The position numbers were made by a program, and so were the translations under genes. A stretch of 64,000 nt of DNA from an uncultured Actinomycetes bacterium (lineage in GTDB: Bacteria; Actinomycetota; UBA4738; JBBDTT01). Shown here one piece after another: positions 22,319 through 37,320 of this stretch (position 1 is its first letter; every line of letters starts with the position of its first letter). Location of the stretch: the NCBI GenBank assembly GCA_963742735.1, contig CAVUMN010000003.1, positions 416,001-480,000 of the forward strand, given 5' to 3'. Under the pieces are notes generated by a model. It saw only the letters and a program-made list of their open reading frames with translations. It was not told the DNA's origin and did no database searches.

Positions 22319-23154
22319 GGCCCTCCGACGTCGTCACCCGCGCCACGCGCTACCTCGAGGCGCACGGGGTGGAGGGCGCCCGCGAGACGGCCGAGGCGCT
22401 CCTGATGCACCTGCTCGCGGTGGACCGGGTCGAGCTGTACACGCGCGCCGAGGGTCTGGACTCCGCGACCGCGCGGTCGTACGGCCGGGCCCTGTGCCAG
22501 CGGTGCGCCGGGACGCCGCTGCAGCACCTCACCGGGCGCCAGCCCTTTCGCGGGCTCAACCTCGAGGTCCGCCCGGGCGTGTTCGTTCCCCGCCCGGAGA
22601 CCGAGGTCCTGGTCGAGGCGGCGGTCCAGGTCACCACCAACGTGGCCCGCCCGCTGGTGCTCGACGTGGGGACCGGGACCGGCGCCGTCGGACTCGCGAT
22701 CAAGCGGGTCCTGCGCGACGCCCGCCTCCACGCCGTGGACGTCAACCCCGAGGCCGTGGAGCTGGCTCAGCGCAACGCCGACCGTCACCGGATGGTCATC
22801 GACCTCTACGTCGGCGACCTGTTCGGGCCGGTCCCTCCGGGTCTGCGCCGGCAGTTCGACCTGATCGTCAGCAACCCGCCGTACGTGACGGAGGCGGAGT
22901 ACGCCGAGCTGCCCGAGGAGGTCCGTGCCGACCCGTACGAGGCGCTGGTCGGCGGGACCGACGTCCACGCCCGGCTGGCCGACGAGGCCCCCACGTGGCT
23001 GCGGCCGGGGGGATGGCTCGTCGTCGAGATCGGTGCCTCCCAGGCCGAGGACGTGTCCCGGCTGTTCCGGCGAACCCTCGAGGAGGTCCACGCGCTGGAG
23101 GACCTGGCCGGCCGTCCGCGGGTGGTGCTGGGACGGGCCCCGGGGGACGGGTGA
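22315..23154 (+). CDS. prmC: Release factor glutamine methyltransferase
   Basis: PRPETE, DVGTGTG, SNPPY; GTGA overlap with prfA. Confidence 0.95.
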   Translation: MRPSDVVTRATRYLEAHGVEGARETAEALLMHLLAVDRVELYTRAEGLDSATARSYGRALCQRCAGTPLQHLTGRQPFRGLNLEVRPGVFVPRPETEVLVEAAVQVTTNVARPLVLDVGTGTGAVGLAIKRVLRDARLHAVDVNPEAVELAQRNADRHRMVIDLYVGDLFGPVPPGLRRQFDLIVSNPPYVTEAEYAELPEEVRADPYEALVGGTDVHARLADEAPTWLRPGGWLVVEIGASQAEDVSRLFRRTLEEVHALEDLAGRPRVVLGRAPGDG

Positions 23155-23774
23155 CCCTGCTCACGGTCGACCCGCGCGAGGTGGATCCGGACGCGATCGC
23201 GCTGGCCGCCGCGGCCCTGAGCGCCGGGCAGCTCGTCGTGCTCCCGACCGACTCGGTCTATGGGGTGGCCGCGGACCCGTCCCTTCGGGCCGCGGTTGCC
23301 CGGCTGTTCGAGGCCAAGGGCCGGCCTCGTTCGCTCGCGATCCCCGTGCTCGTCTCGAGCCTGACCCACGTGAAGCGGCTGGTCGAGGTCGACGCGCGAG
23401 CCGAACGGGCCATGGGCGCCTTCTGGCCGGGCGCCCTGACCATCGTCCTGCCTCGCAGGCCGGGCGTCGAGTGGGACCTCGGGGAGGCGGAGCGGACCCT
23501 CGCCCTGCGCATGCCCGCCCACCCCGTCGCCCTGGAGCTCCTCACCCAGGCCGGGCCGCTGGCGGTCACCTCGGCGAACCGCTCGGGCGAGCCGACCCCT
23601 CGCACGTGCGAGGAGGTGCGGGCCGTTCTCGGCGACGCGGTGAGCGTCTACCTGGACGCGGGGCCGAGCCCGGGCGATGTCGCCTCGACGGTTCTGGACC
23701 TTTCGGAGGAGGCGGCCCGCGTGCTCCGCGAGGGGTCGATCCCGGCTGCCGAGGTGCTGGACACCCTCGGCTAG
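23151..23774 (+). CDS. tsaC: L-threonylcarbamoyladenylate synthase (Sua5/YrdC)
   Basis: PTDSVYG, KGR, FWPGALT, TSANRSG. Confidence 0.93.
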   Translation: MTLLTVDPREVDPDAIALAAAALSAGQLVVLPTDSVYGVAADPSLRAAVARLFEAKGRPRSLAIPVLVSSLTHVKRLVEVDARAERAMGAFWPGALTIVLPRRPGVEWDLGEAERTLALRMPAHPVALELLTQAGPLAVTSANRSGEPTPRTCEEVRAVLGDAVSVYLDAGPSPGDVASTVLDLSEEAARVLREGSIPAAEVLDTLG

Positions 23775-23783
23775 ACTCGGCCC

Positions 23784-24386
23784 GTGGCCTCGGTCCTGGT
23801 CGTCTGCACCGGAAACATCTGCCGCTCTCCCATCGGGGAGGGCTTCCTGAAGCTGCACCTGAGCCAGCGATTCCCCGGCCAGCACATCGACGTCTCGGGC
23901 GCGGGTGTGATCGCTCGCGACGGCCATCCGGCGACCGAGGAGGCCGTCCAGGCCGCCTGGGAGCGCGAGGTGGACATCTCCAGCCACCGGGCCCGGCGGC
24001 TGCACGCCAACCTCATCGAGCGGGCCGACCTGGTCATCGCCATGGCCGAGGAGCACGCGGAGGAGATCCGCCGGCAGGTGCCCTCGGCGCATCCGAAGAC
24101 GTTCATGCTCAAGGAGCTGGTCCATCTGCTCAGCGACCTCCCGCCCGTCGATGAGCGGGACACGCTCGACGACGAGGCCCTCCGGGCGCGGATCGCCGAG
24201 GCGCACTCCCTGCGCAACCGCAACGCCATCGCCACTGTGGACCTGGACATCTCCGACCCGCTCGGGATGTCGCTCGAGACCTACCGGGCCACCGCGTGGG
24301 AGCTGGACACGCTCATCGCCCAGCTCGTCGAGGGCCTCGCCGGCCGCATGCCGGCTCGCACCTCCTTCTGGGAGGCCGACGAGTGA
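23784..24386 (+). CDS. Low-molecular-weight protein tyrosine/arginine phosphatase
   Basis: CTGNICRS P-loop, DISDP; ywlE-like position. Confidence 0.9.
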   Translation: MASVLVVCTGNICRSPIGEGFLKLHLSQRFPGQHIDVSGAGVIARDGHPATEEAVQAAWEREVDISSHRARRLHANLIERADLVIAMAEEHAEEIRRQVPSAHPKTFMLKELVHLLSDLPPVDERDTLDDEALRARIAEAHSLRNRNAIATVDLDISDPLGMSLETYRATAWELDTLIAQLVEGLAGRMPARTSFWEADE

Positions 24387-24832
24387 ACGTCGCCATCGGA
24401 TCCGACCACGCCGGCTACCGGCTGAAGGAGGACCTCGCCCGGTTCCTGAAGGAGGAGGGCCACCAGGTGACCGACCACGGGACCGACTCGGAGGAGTCGG
24501 TGGACTACCCACCGATCTGCGCCGCGGTCGCCCGCGCCGTCGCCTCGGGCGAGGGTGACCGAGGCGTCGTCCTCGGGGGCTCGGGCCAGGGCGAGCAGAT
24601 CGCGGCGAACAAGGTGCACGGGATCCGGGCCGCCCTGTGCAACGACCTGTATACGGCGCGGATGGCCCGGCAGCACAACGACGCGAACGTGCTGGCCCTC
24701 GGCGCGCGTATCGTGGCGCCGGAGCTTGCGCGCGAGATCGTTCGGGTGTGGCTGGAGACGGAGTTCGAGGGGGGCCGGCACGAGCGGCGGATCGCTCAGA
24801 TCGGCGAGATCGAGGGGGAGGAGTGCCGGTGA
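24383..24832 (+). CDS. rpiB: Ribose-5-phosphate isomerase B
   Basis: GSDHAG, DYP, GGSGQGE, HNDAN, GGRH. Confidence 0.95.
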   Translation: MNVAIGSDHAGYRLKEDLARFLKEEGHQVTDHGTDSEESVDYPPICAAVARAVASGEGDRGVVLGGSGQGEQIAANKVHGIRAALCNDLYTARMARQHNDANVLALGARIVAPELAREIVRVWLETEFEGGRHERRIAQIGEIEGEECR

Positions 24833-26097
24833 GGGAGTGGGCGGCCGACTACGAGCAGCTTCGGGAGACCGATCCGGAGATCTTCGAGGCGATCCAGAAC
24901 GAGCTGAACCGTGAGCGGAGCACGCTCCGGCTGATCGCCTCCGAGAACTACGCCAGCCCCGCGGTGCTCGCGGCGCTGTCCTCGAGCATGAACAACAAGT
25001 ACGCCGAGGGCTATCCCGGCCGCCGCTACTACGGCGGCTGCGAGTTCGTAGACGTCTCCGAGACCCTGGCCATCGAGCGGGCCAAGGAGCTGTTCGGGGC
25101 CGAGCACGTGAACGTCCAGGCCCACGCCGGGGCCCAGGCCAACCTGGCGGTGTACGGCGCGTTCATCGAGCCCCACTCCGAGGACAAGGTGCTCGGCCTG
25201 GTGCTCGCCCACGGCGGGCACCTCACCCACGGCTCGCCGGTCAACGTCTCCGGCAAGTGGTTCGAGTTCATCGGCTACGAGGTCGACCCCGAGACCGAGC
25301 TGATCGACATGGACGAGGTGCGCGCCCTCGCGCAGGAGCATCGCCCGAAGATCATCCTGGCCGGGTTCACCGCGTACCCGCGATCGATCGACTTCGCGGC
25401 GTTCCGGGAGATCTGCGACGAGGTCGGCGCGATCTTCATGGTCGACGCCTCGCATTTCATCGGCCTCGTGGCCGGCGGGGCCTACCCCAGCCCGGTCCCC
25501 CACGCCGACGTGGTGACCTTCACCACCCACAAGACCCTGCGCGGGCCGAGGGGGGCGGTCATCGTGTGCCGCGAGGAGCACGCGAAGGCCATCGACAAGG
25601 CCGTCTTCCCCATGATGCAGGGTGGCCCGATGGAGCACGTCATCGCCGCGAAGGCGGTGTGCTTCAGGGAGGCCATGACCCAGGACTTCCGCGACTACGC
25701 CGAGCGGACCGTTCGCACGGCCCGCGCCCTGGCCCAGGGTCTCCAGGAGGAGGGGATCCGTCCGGTGGCCGGCGGGACCGATTCCCACCTGGTGCTAGCG
25801 GACCTGCGGACCCTGTCGGCAGAGCTCACCGGGGCCCGCGCCGAGGAGGTCTGCGACGAGATCGGGATCGCGATCAACAAGAACGCGATCCCGTTCGACC
25901 CGCTGCCGCCCCTCAAGGCCTCGGGGATCCGCGTGGGCACGCCCGGCCCGGCCACGCTGGGCATGGACGAGCCCGAGATGAAGGAGGTGGCGAGCGTCCT
26001 CGGTGCGGTCCTCCGGGCCCCCGACGACGACGCCGTGAAGGACCGCGCCCGAGGCCGCGTCGCCGAGCTGGTCAAGCGCTTCCCCCTGTACGCGTAG
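24829..26097 (+). CDS. glyA: Serine hydroxymethyltransferase
   Basis: LIASEN, YAEGYPGRRYYGG, GGHLTHG, TTHKTLRGPRG. Confidence 0.97.
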   Translation: MREWAADYEQLRETDPEIFEAIQNELNRERSTLRLIASENYASPAVLAALSSSMNNKYAEGYPGRRYYGGCEFVDVSETLAIERAKELFGAEHVNVQAHAGAQANLAVYGAFIEPHSEDKVLGLVLAHGGHLTHGSPVNVSGKWFEFIGYEVDPETELIDMDEVRALAQEHRPKIILAGFTAYPRSIDFAAFREICDEVGAIFMVDASHFIGLVAGGAYPSPVPHADVVTFTTHKTLRGPRGAVIVCREEHAKAIDKAVFPMMQGGPMEHVIAAKAVCFREAMTQDFRDYAERTVRTARALAQGLQEEGIRPVAGGTDSHLVLADLRTLSAELTGARAEEVCDEIGIAINKNAIPFDPLPPLKASGIRVGTPGPATLGMDEPEMKEVASVLGAVLRAPDDDAVKDRARGRVAELVKRFPLYA

Positions 26098-26107
26098 ACG
26101 GAGGCTG

Positions 26108-27280
26108 ATGCTCCCGTACCTCATGGTGTTCGGGGTTGCCGCTGCGATCGCCGCCGCGACCACCCCGCTGGTTCGCCGCTTCTCCGTCCGGGTGGGAGCG
26201 ATCGACCGGCCGTCGGACCGCAAGGTCCACCCGAAGCCGACCCCGACCCTCGGCGGGATCGCGATCTTCCTCGCGTTCGTCGGCGCGCTTGGCGTCGCCT
26301 ACCTGATCCCGACGTTCCGGGACCACGTCTTCCGCACGACCCTCGAGCCGATCGGCGTGCTCCTGGCCGGCCTGGTGATCCTGGCCGTGGGGGCCTACGA
26401 CGACCTCCGGCCCGCCTCGGTCGCCGCGAAGGTGGCCGGCCAGGTCCTGGCGGCGGGCGTGATGATCCTGGCCGGCATCCAGCTGCTCTTCTTCTACTTC
26501 CCGACGCAGGGCGTGATCGTGCTCGGCCCGGACCTCGGCGTTCCGCTCACGGTGCTGTGGATCCTGGCGATGATCAACGCGGTGAACCTCGTGGACGGGC
26601 TGGACGGGCTCGCCGCCGGCGTCGTGGTCATCGCCAGCGCGGCGTTCTTCGCCTTCACGTTCGCCTCGGAGCAGGCGATCGGGGCCCCACCGTCCGCCGC
26701 GTCGTTGCTCTCGGCCATCGCCGCCGGTGCCGCGCTGGGCTTCCTGCCCCACAACTTCCACCCGGCGAAGATCTTCATGGGCGACTCCGGCAGCATGCTG
26801 CTGGGGGTCATCCTGGCCGGGGCGACCATCTCCGGGGTCGGGAAGAGCGCCGTCGCCCCTGGGGAGACGGAGCTGGCGGCCCTGTCGATCCCCGTGATCG
26901 TGCCCCTGCTCGTCCTGGCGATCCCGTTCCTGGACGTCGTGTTCGCCATCGGACGCCGGGTGCGCCGCGGCCGGCCGGTGACCCACGCGGACAAGGAGCA
27001 CATCCACCACCGGCTGCTCGAGATCGGCCACAGTCATCGCGAGGCCGTGCTCCTCATCTACTTCTGGTCGGCGATCCTGGCGGGAGCCGCCCTGGCGATC
27101 TCGTTCGTGAACAGCCCCGCGGCGGCGATCGCGCTCGTGCTGCTCGCCCTGGTGTTGGTGGCCATCACGCTGGTCCCGCGGATGCGCCGGCCGAACGGCC
27201 GCTCGGTCGGGCTGGGCGGTCCGGGTGGGGAGTCGAAGGGTTCCCGCGGGGCCGCGGCGGTGCACCCTCCGAACTTGTGA
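26108..27280 (+). CDS. MraY/WecA/TagO family polyprenyl-phosphate GlcNAc-1-phosphate transferase
   Basis: RKVH..P.P.LGG, YDD, NLVDGLDGLA, FMGDSG, HIHH. Confidence 0.93.
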   Translation: MLPYLMVFGVAAAIAAATTPLVRRFSVRVGAIDRPSDRKVHPKPTPTLGGIAIFLAFVGALGVAYLIPTFRDHVFRTTLEPIGVLLAGLVILAVGAYDDLRPASVAAKVAGQVLAAGVMILAGIQLLFFYFPTQGVIVLGPDLGVPLTVLWILAMINAVNLVDGLDGLAAGVVVIASAAFFAFTFASEQAIGAPPSAASLLSAIAAGAALGFLPHNFHPAKIFMGDSGSMLLGVILAGATISGVGKSAVAPGETELAALSIPVIVPLLVLAIPFLDVVFAIGRRVRRGRPVTHADKEHIHHRLLEIGHSHREAVLLIYFWSAILAGAALAISFVNSPAAAIALVLLALVLVAITLVPRMRRPNGRSVGLGGPGGESKGSRGAAAVHPPNL

Positions 27281-27292
27281 AAGTTTTCACAA
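27275..27292. promoter_or_regulatory. Rex operator (ROP) upstream of the atp operon
   Basis: TTGTGAA-AGTT-TTCACAA, exact match to TTGTGAA-N4-TTCACAA. Confidence 0.85.
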
Positions 27293-27351
27293 GCTGGTAG
27301 GGTCCGGCCCGGAAATGGCCGCTGACCTGCGAAAACGCGACCCGTCGGGCT

Positions 27352-27381
27352 TTGACACCCCTTCCGAGCGGCGGCTATACT
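27352..27381 (+). promoter_or_regulatory. Housekeeping sigma70-type promoter of the atp operon
   Basis: TTGACA (27352-57), 18 nt spacer, TATACT (27376-81). Confidence 0.8.
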
Positions 27382-27392
27382 CCGCGGGCTCT

Positions 27393-27623
27393 ATGGCGGG
27401 GGACTCGGGCCCGGGCAACTCGATGGGTGGGATGTCCACGGGGCTCACCATCAGCGTGACGCTGCTCTCCGCCGTGCTCGTCTGGGGAGGAGTCGGCTAC
27501 CTGATCGACCGGCTGGTGGGGACACCCAAGATCTTCACGGCCGTCGGCATGCTCGTCGGAGCCGCGAGCGGCATCTATCTCATCTATCTGAAGCATGGAA
27601 AACCACATGACCCGCCAGCCTGA
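27393..27623 (+). CDS. AtpZ/AtpI-family small membrane protein
   Basis: WGGVGYLIDRLVGT...GMLVGAASGIYLIY; first gene of atp operon. Confidence 0.85.
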   Translation: MAGDSGPGNSMGGMSTGLTISVTLLSAVLVWGGVGYLIDRLVGTPKIFTAVGMLVGAASGIYLIYLKHGKPHDPPA

Positions 27624-28029
27624 ACCGGAGCTGCAGCTCGTCCGAACCATCGCGCCCTGGGGCGCCCCGGCCACGGCGGTCGCGTTCGGGCTCGGGTACG
27701 TCCTCGGAGGGGCCGGCGCCGCCTGGTCGGCGGCCATCGGGACCGCGGTCGTGACGCTGAACCTGGTGGCCCACGGGCTGTCCATGGCCCGGGCGGCGCG
27801 GATCTCGCTCGTGGCGGTCTACGCCGCCGGGCTCGGGGGGTTCGTGGTGCGGATGGCGGTCATCGTGGGGCTGATGTTCGCCCTGAACCAGCTCGCGTGG
27901 TTCTCGCCCCTGGCCTTCGGGCTGGCCGTGGTCCCCGCGACGATGACGCTCCTCGTCTTCGAGATGAAGCTCATGGCCTCCGGCGTGGGACGTGAGCTGT
28001 GGCTGCCGCCGGAGTCCGCCACCCGATGA
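27607..28029 (+). CDS. atpI: ATP synthase subunit I
   Basis: 4 TM helices between atpZ and atpB. Confidence 0.75.
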   Translation: MTRQPEPELQLVRTIAPWGAPATAVAFGLGYVLGGAGAAWSAAIGTAVVTLNLVAHGLSMARAARISLVAVYAAGLGGFVVRMAVIVGLMFALNQLAWFSPLAFGLAVVPATMTLLVFEMKLMASGVGRELWLPPESATR

Positions 28030-28823
28030 CGGTCCCGGCGATGCTCGCGCAGTTCCATCCCCCCACCACCAAGGACTTCCTGTTCGACCCGTGGTTCGGG
28101 CCCTGGGAGGTCTTCGGCATCGAGTTCTCGGTCAACTTCATCACGTTCCTGGCGTGCCTTTCGATCCTGATGACCTTGTCGTTCTTCTACTTCGGCCTTC
28201 GCAACGCCAAGGTCGTGCCCGGCAAGTTCCAGACCGTCGTGGAGAGCGGCGTCGAGTTCGTCCGCGAGCAGATCCTGATGTCGATGATCGGGCCCGACGG
28301 CATGCGGTACCTGCCGCTGCTGTGCACGCTGTTCTTCATGATCTTCTTCGGCAACATCCTCTCGGTGATCCCCGCCATCGGGTTTCCGCTGAACAGCCGG
28401 CTGGCGTTCCCGCTGGTTCCGGCGGTCGTCGTGTGGATCCTCTACAACGGCATCGGGATCAAGAAGCACGGCTTCTTCGGCTACTTCAAGATGGTCATGT
28501 TCCCGCCGGGCGCGCCGAAGGTCATGTACGTGCTGCTCGCGCCCATCGAGTTCGTGACCGGCATCGTCATGCGGCCGATCACGCTGACCGTCCGACTCTT
28601 CGCCAACATGGTGGCCGGTCACTTCCTTCTGGCGGTGTTCTTCCTGGGAACCATCGCGCTGTTCCAGGCCGACACGGTGTTCCTGAAGCCGATCGGCGCC
28701 ATCTCGTTCGCGTTCGGGACCCTTCTGCTCGGCTTCGAGATCTTCGTGGCCGGGCTGCAGGCGTTCATCTTCACCATCCTGACCGCCTCCTACATCGGGG
28801 GCGCACTGGCCGAGGAGCACTAA
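28026..28823 (+). CDS. atpB: ATP synthase F0 subunit a
   Basis: RPITLTVRLFANMVAGH, LQAFIFTILT. Confidence 0.96.
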   Translation: MTVPAMLAQFHPPTTKDFLFDPWFGPWEVFGIEFSVNFITFLACLSILMTLSFFYFGLRNAKVVPGKFQTVVESGVEFVREQILMSMIGPDGMRYLPLLCTLFFMIFFGNILSVIPAIGFPLNSRLAFPLVPAVVVWILYNGIGIKKHGFFGYFKMVMFPPGAPKVMYVLLAPIEFVTGIVMRPITLTVRLFANMVAGHFLLAVFFLGTIALFQADTVFLKPIGAISFAFGTLLLGFEIFVAGLQAFIFTILTASYIGGALAEEH

Positions 28824-29105
<282 letters not shown>

Positions 29106-29118
29106 AGGGGTGACCTCG

Positions 29119-29694
29119 ATGATCGGATCGATCACGAGGGCCCTCGTCCTCGCCCAGGAGCACGGCGAGGAGGTCAGCGAGCCCAAGGACCTGTACCCGC
29201 ACGCCGACGAGCTCATCGTCGCGGCGATCGGGTTCACGCTGCTGTTCATCTTCATGTCGAAGTTCGCGATCCCCCGGATCAACACGGTCCTGGAGGAGCG
29301 TCGCAAGCGCATCCAGGGCGAGATGGAGAAGGCGGAGAAGACCCGGACCGAGGCCGACTCGATCCTCGAGCAGTATCGAGAGCAGCTGGCGAACGCCCGG
29401 GAGGAGGCCAACCGCATCATCGAGGAGGCCCGCCAGACCGCCGAGGGCGTCCGAACGGAGCTCACCGAGAAGGCCGAGCGCGACGCGCAGGCCATCGTGG
29501 CACGGGCCCAGGAGGAGATCCGGGCCGAACGGGACCGCGCGTTCCAGGACCTCAAGGCGCAGGTCGGCGAGCTGTCCGTCGAGCTGGCCACGCGCGTGGT
29601 GGGCGAGTCCCTCGACCGCGAACGCCAGCTCCGGCTGGTGGAGCGCTACATCGACGAGCTCGCCGGCCAGGAGGAGCCGGGTGCCGGGTCCTGA
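29119..29694 (+). CDS. atpF: ATP synthase F0 subunit b
   Basis: One TM helix then coiled coil; operon order. Confidence 0.93.
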   Translation: MIGSITRALVLAQEHGEEVSEPKDLYPHADELIVAAIGFTLLFIFMSKFAIPRINTVLEERRKRIQGEMEKAEKTRTEADSILEQYREQLANAREEANRIIEEARQTAEGVRTELTEKAERDAQAIVARAQEEIRAERDRAFQDLKAQVGELSVELATRVVGESLDRERQLRLVERYIDELAGQEEPGAGS

Positions 29695-30223
29695 GGAGCG
29701 CGTTCACGGCTACGCCCAGGCGATCTTTCAGATCGCCGAGGCCGAGGGCGCCCTGGAGACGGTCGAGGACGAGCTGTACACGTTCGGCAAGGCCGTGGAG
29801 CAACAGAACCAGCTCCGCGACGCCCTGACCGACCCGGCCCTGCCGGCCGAGCGGAAGAAGGCCGTGATCCGGGACATCCTCGGCGACCGCGCCAGCAAGC
29901 ACACGGCGTCGATCCTCGGGTTCCTGATCGACCAGGGGCGCACCCGCGAGCTCGCCGGGATCATCGACGAGCTGGCCAGGGTCGCGGCGGAGCGCCGCTC
30001 CCGGGCGGTGGCCGAGGTCCGCAGCGCGATCCCGCTGGACGAGGAGCATCGCCGCAAGCTCACCGAGGCCCTCGAGCGGGCCACGGGCAAGAAGATCGAG
30101 CTGAAGGTGTTGGTGGATCCGTCCGTCGTGGGCGGCCTGGTCGCTCGCGTGGGTGACCAGGTCATCGACGGGACGATCAGGCGCCGGCTGGAGCTGGCGC
30201 GCGACCGATTGAGAAAGGTCTGA
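29681..30223 (+). CDS. atpH: ATP synthase F1 subunit delta
   Basis: [26 protein letters not shown]. Confidence 0.94.
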   Translation: MPGPEERVHGYAQAIFQIAEAEGALETVEDELYTFGKAVEQQNQLRDALTDPALPAERKKAVIRDILGDRASKHTASILGFLIDQGRTRELAGIIDELARVAAERRSRAVAEVRSAIPLDEEHRRKLTEALERATGKKIELKVLVDPSVVGGLVARVGDQVIDGTIRRRLELARDRLRKV

Positions 30224-30228
30224 GCGCG

Positions 30229-31953
<1,725 letters not shown>

Positions 31954-31956
31954 CGC

Positions 31957-34600
<2,644 letters not shown>

Positions 34601-34631
34601 GCCGGCTCCCACCGTTGAAGAGCGGAGTCGA

Positions 34632-35738
34632 CTACGGCTGGGTGCTGGTGGCTGGCCGGTTGATGGCCTGCAGATAGCCAACACGCTCCATCTCAGCCGT
34701 CATCCGAAGAACTGTGTCCATGCGACGGAGGGCGTTTGATACCTGGGTCTCTGTTGGGCCTGGCATTAGATCTGAACGAGTGGGATCAGGATGAGCCCAT
34801 TCGTTTCCGAAGTCCTTTACGGTGCCGCCCACCTTTTGCCAGCCTTGTCCGGCAATCAGTGCAAGCTGCTTCATTTCCATGCCGAACATTCCCCAGTCCC
34901 GTCTCGGAAGGTAACGGCGACAGGCTGCCTGCAAAGCCGCTCGAGCCAAGACCATGGCAGCTCGATGGCTGCCCGCATCAAGCGATCCCCATGCCTCATC
35001 CCTATATGCCTCGATGATTGTTTCGGCATACGGCGTTGCGGCGAGAGGCTCACTAACGAACGGCGTCAACAAGATTGTCGCCCGATCCAGCGGTGTGACG
35101 CGCAGACGCTCAACCGAGAGTCCGGCCGATCTGAGGCGACGCTGAAGTAGGCCGATGCTCATGCCCACCCCTCCCCCGAGTGCGGCAAGGATCGTCTGAG
35201 CGTCCTCCGAGAGGCGCACTGCGCGGCGGGCCTGCTTTCGACCAACCACATAGGCCCACTCTCCAATCGGCGGAGTCTCATCGATCGATATCAGCTCCGC
35301 TGCCCTGAGGTGGGTGTGGAGAATCATCAGGGCGGCGAGGAAAGCCTTCTCATCCTTTCTCCGCAGCACTTGAAGTTTGCGGGCGACCCCGGGAATTGGC
35401 TGGAAGGCCTTCGTTGGTCGCTTCTCCTTGGGACGTAGAAGAGCGAGCATCGGATTGTCGGTGCGGAGCCCCGCCTCAACGAGATACCGGCCCAGGTGGC
35501 TCAGCGCGTGATAACGCCGCTGACGGCTGCTGTCGCTGCCGCCAAAACTGTCCACTGCCTGAAACAACTCATTCATGGTCATGGTGGCCAGGGGAACGCG
35601 ATCAGCAAGGGCATGCGCATCTGCCGCATACGCGTCCAACGTCTTCTCTTCCGGATCGAGTTCGTTGCGGAGCCACGCGCGAAAACCCACCACGATCGCT
35701 TCCTCGGGGGAGTCCTTCGAGCGCTTCCGCTTTACCAC
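34632..35738 (-). CDS. Truncated tyrosine recombinase (XerC/D-like) fused to DUF4145/HEPN-like domain; lower-GC insert
   Basis: KTLDAY...SSRQRRYHAL...DNP core-binding domain, LRAAEL and GRK..RAV catalytic-domain motifs, no later H/Y box; C-terminal AAMVLARAALQAA...VKDFGNEWAH. Confidence 0.65.
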   Translation of the reverse strand: MVKRKRSKDSPEEAIVVGFRAWLRNELDPEEKTLDAYAADAHALADRVPLATMTMNELFQAVDSFGGSDSSRQRRYHALSHLGRYLVEAGLRTDNPMLALLRPKEKRPTKAFQPIPGVARKLQVLRRKDEKAFLAALMILHTHLRAAELISIDETPPIGEWAYVVGRKQARRAVRLSEDAQTILAALGGGVGMSIGLLQRRLRSAGLSVERLRVTPLDRATILLTPFVSEPLAATPYAETIIEAYRDEAWGSLDAGSHRAAMVLARAALQAACRRYLPRRDWGMFGMEMKQLALIAGQGWQKVGGTVKDFGNEWAHPDPTRSDLMPGPTETQVSNALRRMDTVLRMTAEMERVGYLQAINRPATSTQP

Positions 35739-35788
35739 GAGTCCATTACCGGGCGGCGCGGTTGGTTGCCCCTCAAAGGCCCCTCGAT

Positions 35789-37234
35789 CTACTCACCGGG
35801 CTTTCCCGAGATCAGCGGGCTCCCCGGGCGGGGCCGCACGAACACGCACCCGCGTTTCGTCTTTGGGTTCCTGCAGGGCTTGCCGTACGCGGACGGGCCG
35901 GCGTCCTGACGCCAGTACAGGATGTGCAACGGAGCCGGCTCGGTGGAGCTCACCGCGATGTGGGCGTAGCCGAAGGCGTCGAGCGAGATCTCGAAGAAGT
36001 CACCGAGCTCCCGGCCCTCGGTGCAGTTGATCCCGAGCGTGCACACGTTGCCTTTCCGCATGACCGGCCCGGCGACGTCCACGAACGCCGGCCTGCCGGA
36101 GAGCATGTTGCGGGACTGCGCGAAGTGGACCCGCCACACGTTCTCGGGCGCGCCCTGGTCCCGCGTCGAGGCCTCCACCCAGGCGAAGTCGACGATGCCA
36201 GCGTCGCCCGCGACCATCGTCGGGAACACGGTGGCCCCGTTCCCCTTGTTGATCTTGAAGGGGGTGCTCCAGTTGGCGCCGTGGTCCCTCGACACCGAGA
36301 CGAACACGCCGTACTGCTCCTCGCCCTTCGGCCCCGGGATGTGGCCCGCAGCCATCGCGTACACGTTGCCCGCGCGGTCCACGGTGAGCCACGGGAAGAT
36401 GTTGCCGAGGACGTGGCCGAACGGTGTCGAGAGGGCGACGTTGTTCGTCCACGTCGCGCCCCCGTCGGCCGACGCCGCGACGATCACCGCGAGCGGATCT
36501 CCGAAGGGACAGGCCCCGGTGTTGTGCACGCACTGGTGGGCGTTGCCCCCGAGGCTCGAGATCCCGTAGGCGAGGTAGACCCGGTTCGGATCGCTCGGGT
36601 CGACGCGGATCGGCCCTGAGAACGTGTTCGGGAACGTGTCCGGGGCGAGTGCCAGCTCGTTGGTCACGATGGCGTGCTGGACGAAGGTCTGGCCGCCGTC
36701 GGTGGACTTGGAGACGATCTCGGCCTCGGCCGTGAGGTCGTGGTAGGCGAGGTAGACCACGTTCGGGTCGGTGGGGTCGGTGGCGAGCCACTGACGGTCC
36801 TCCTCGATGGGCTCCTGCCAAAGGAACTCCCACGTCGCCCCGTCGTCGGTGGACTTGTGGACCGTCGCCCCGAAGGCCTGGAGGTCGGTGAGGTACAGGG
36901 CGCCGTCGGCGCCCTCCTTGATGTCGCAGTCACCGCCCCCGCCGATCGGGGAGGAGACCTCGAAGCTCTCGAACGTCCTCCAGTCCGTGGTGCGGACGAC
37001 GCCCTCGGCCATGTCGCCCAGGCCGAGGGGGCCGCAGAACAGGGCCGTGCCCTTGCTGGTGACGATCGCGGAGGGCTCGGTGAAGTCGGCCGGGACGTGC
37101 TGGGCGGTGAAGGCAAACGGCCGGGCGCGGACGTCGGTCCGCGGTTTGGCGGCGCCGGCCGAGGTGGCGGTCGCCGCCACGAGGACGAGGAGCAGGAAGA
37201 GCGAGATCGTGAAGGTTCGGGTGGGAATGCGCAT
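35789..37234 (-). CDS. Secreted BNR/Asp-box (sialidase-fold) beta-propeller protein
   Basis: Signal peptide; repeated S.DGG.TW / STDDGATW / SRDHGANW Asp boxes. Confidence 0.82.
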   Translation of the reverse strand: MRIPTRTFTISLFLLLVLVAATATSAGAAKPRTDVRARPFAFTAQHVPADFTEPSAIVTSKGTALFCGPLGLGDMAEGVVRTTDWRTFESFEVSSPIGGGGDCDIKEGADGALYLTDLQAFGATVHKSTDDGATWEFLWQEPIEEDRQWLATDPTDPNVVYLAYHDLTAEAEIVSKSTDGGQTFVQHAIVTNELALAPDTFPNTFSGPIRVDPSDPNRVYLAYGISSLGGNAHQCVHNTGACPFGDPLAVIVAASADGGATWTNNVALSTPFGHVLGNIFPWLTVDRAGNVYAMAAGHIPGPKGEEQYGVFVSVSRDHGANWSTPFKINKGNGATVFPTMVAGDAGIVDFAWVEASTRDQGAPENVWRVHFAQSRNMLSGRPAFVDVAGPVMRKGNVCTLGINCTEGRELGDFFEISLDAFGYAHIAVSSTEPAPLHILYWRQDAGPSAYGKPCRNPKTKRGCVFVRPRPGSPLISGKPGE

Positions 37235-37320
37235 GGGGGGTGTTTCGACTCCCCCACGTCCGAATCCTGTCCGGCGGGCGCAGCCGATGGCGACGGCCCG
37301 CCCACCCTAGAATCGCTGGC

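Noticed and set aside
34601-35788. Prophage or integrative element at atpC
   Set aside because: No att direct repeats, tRNA or cargo seen, and the recombinase lacks its catalytic Tyr box
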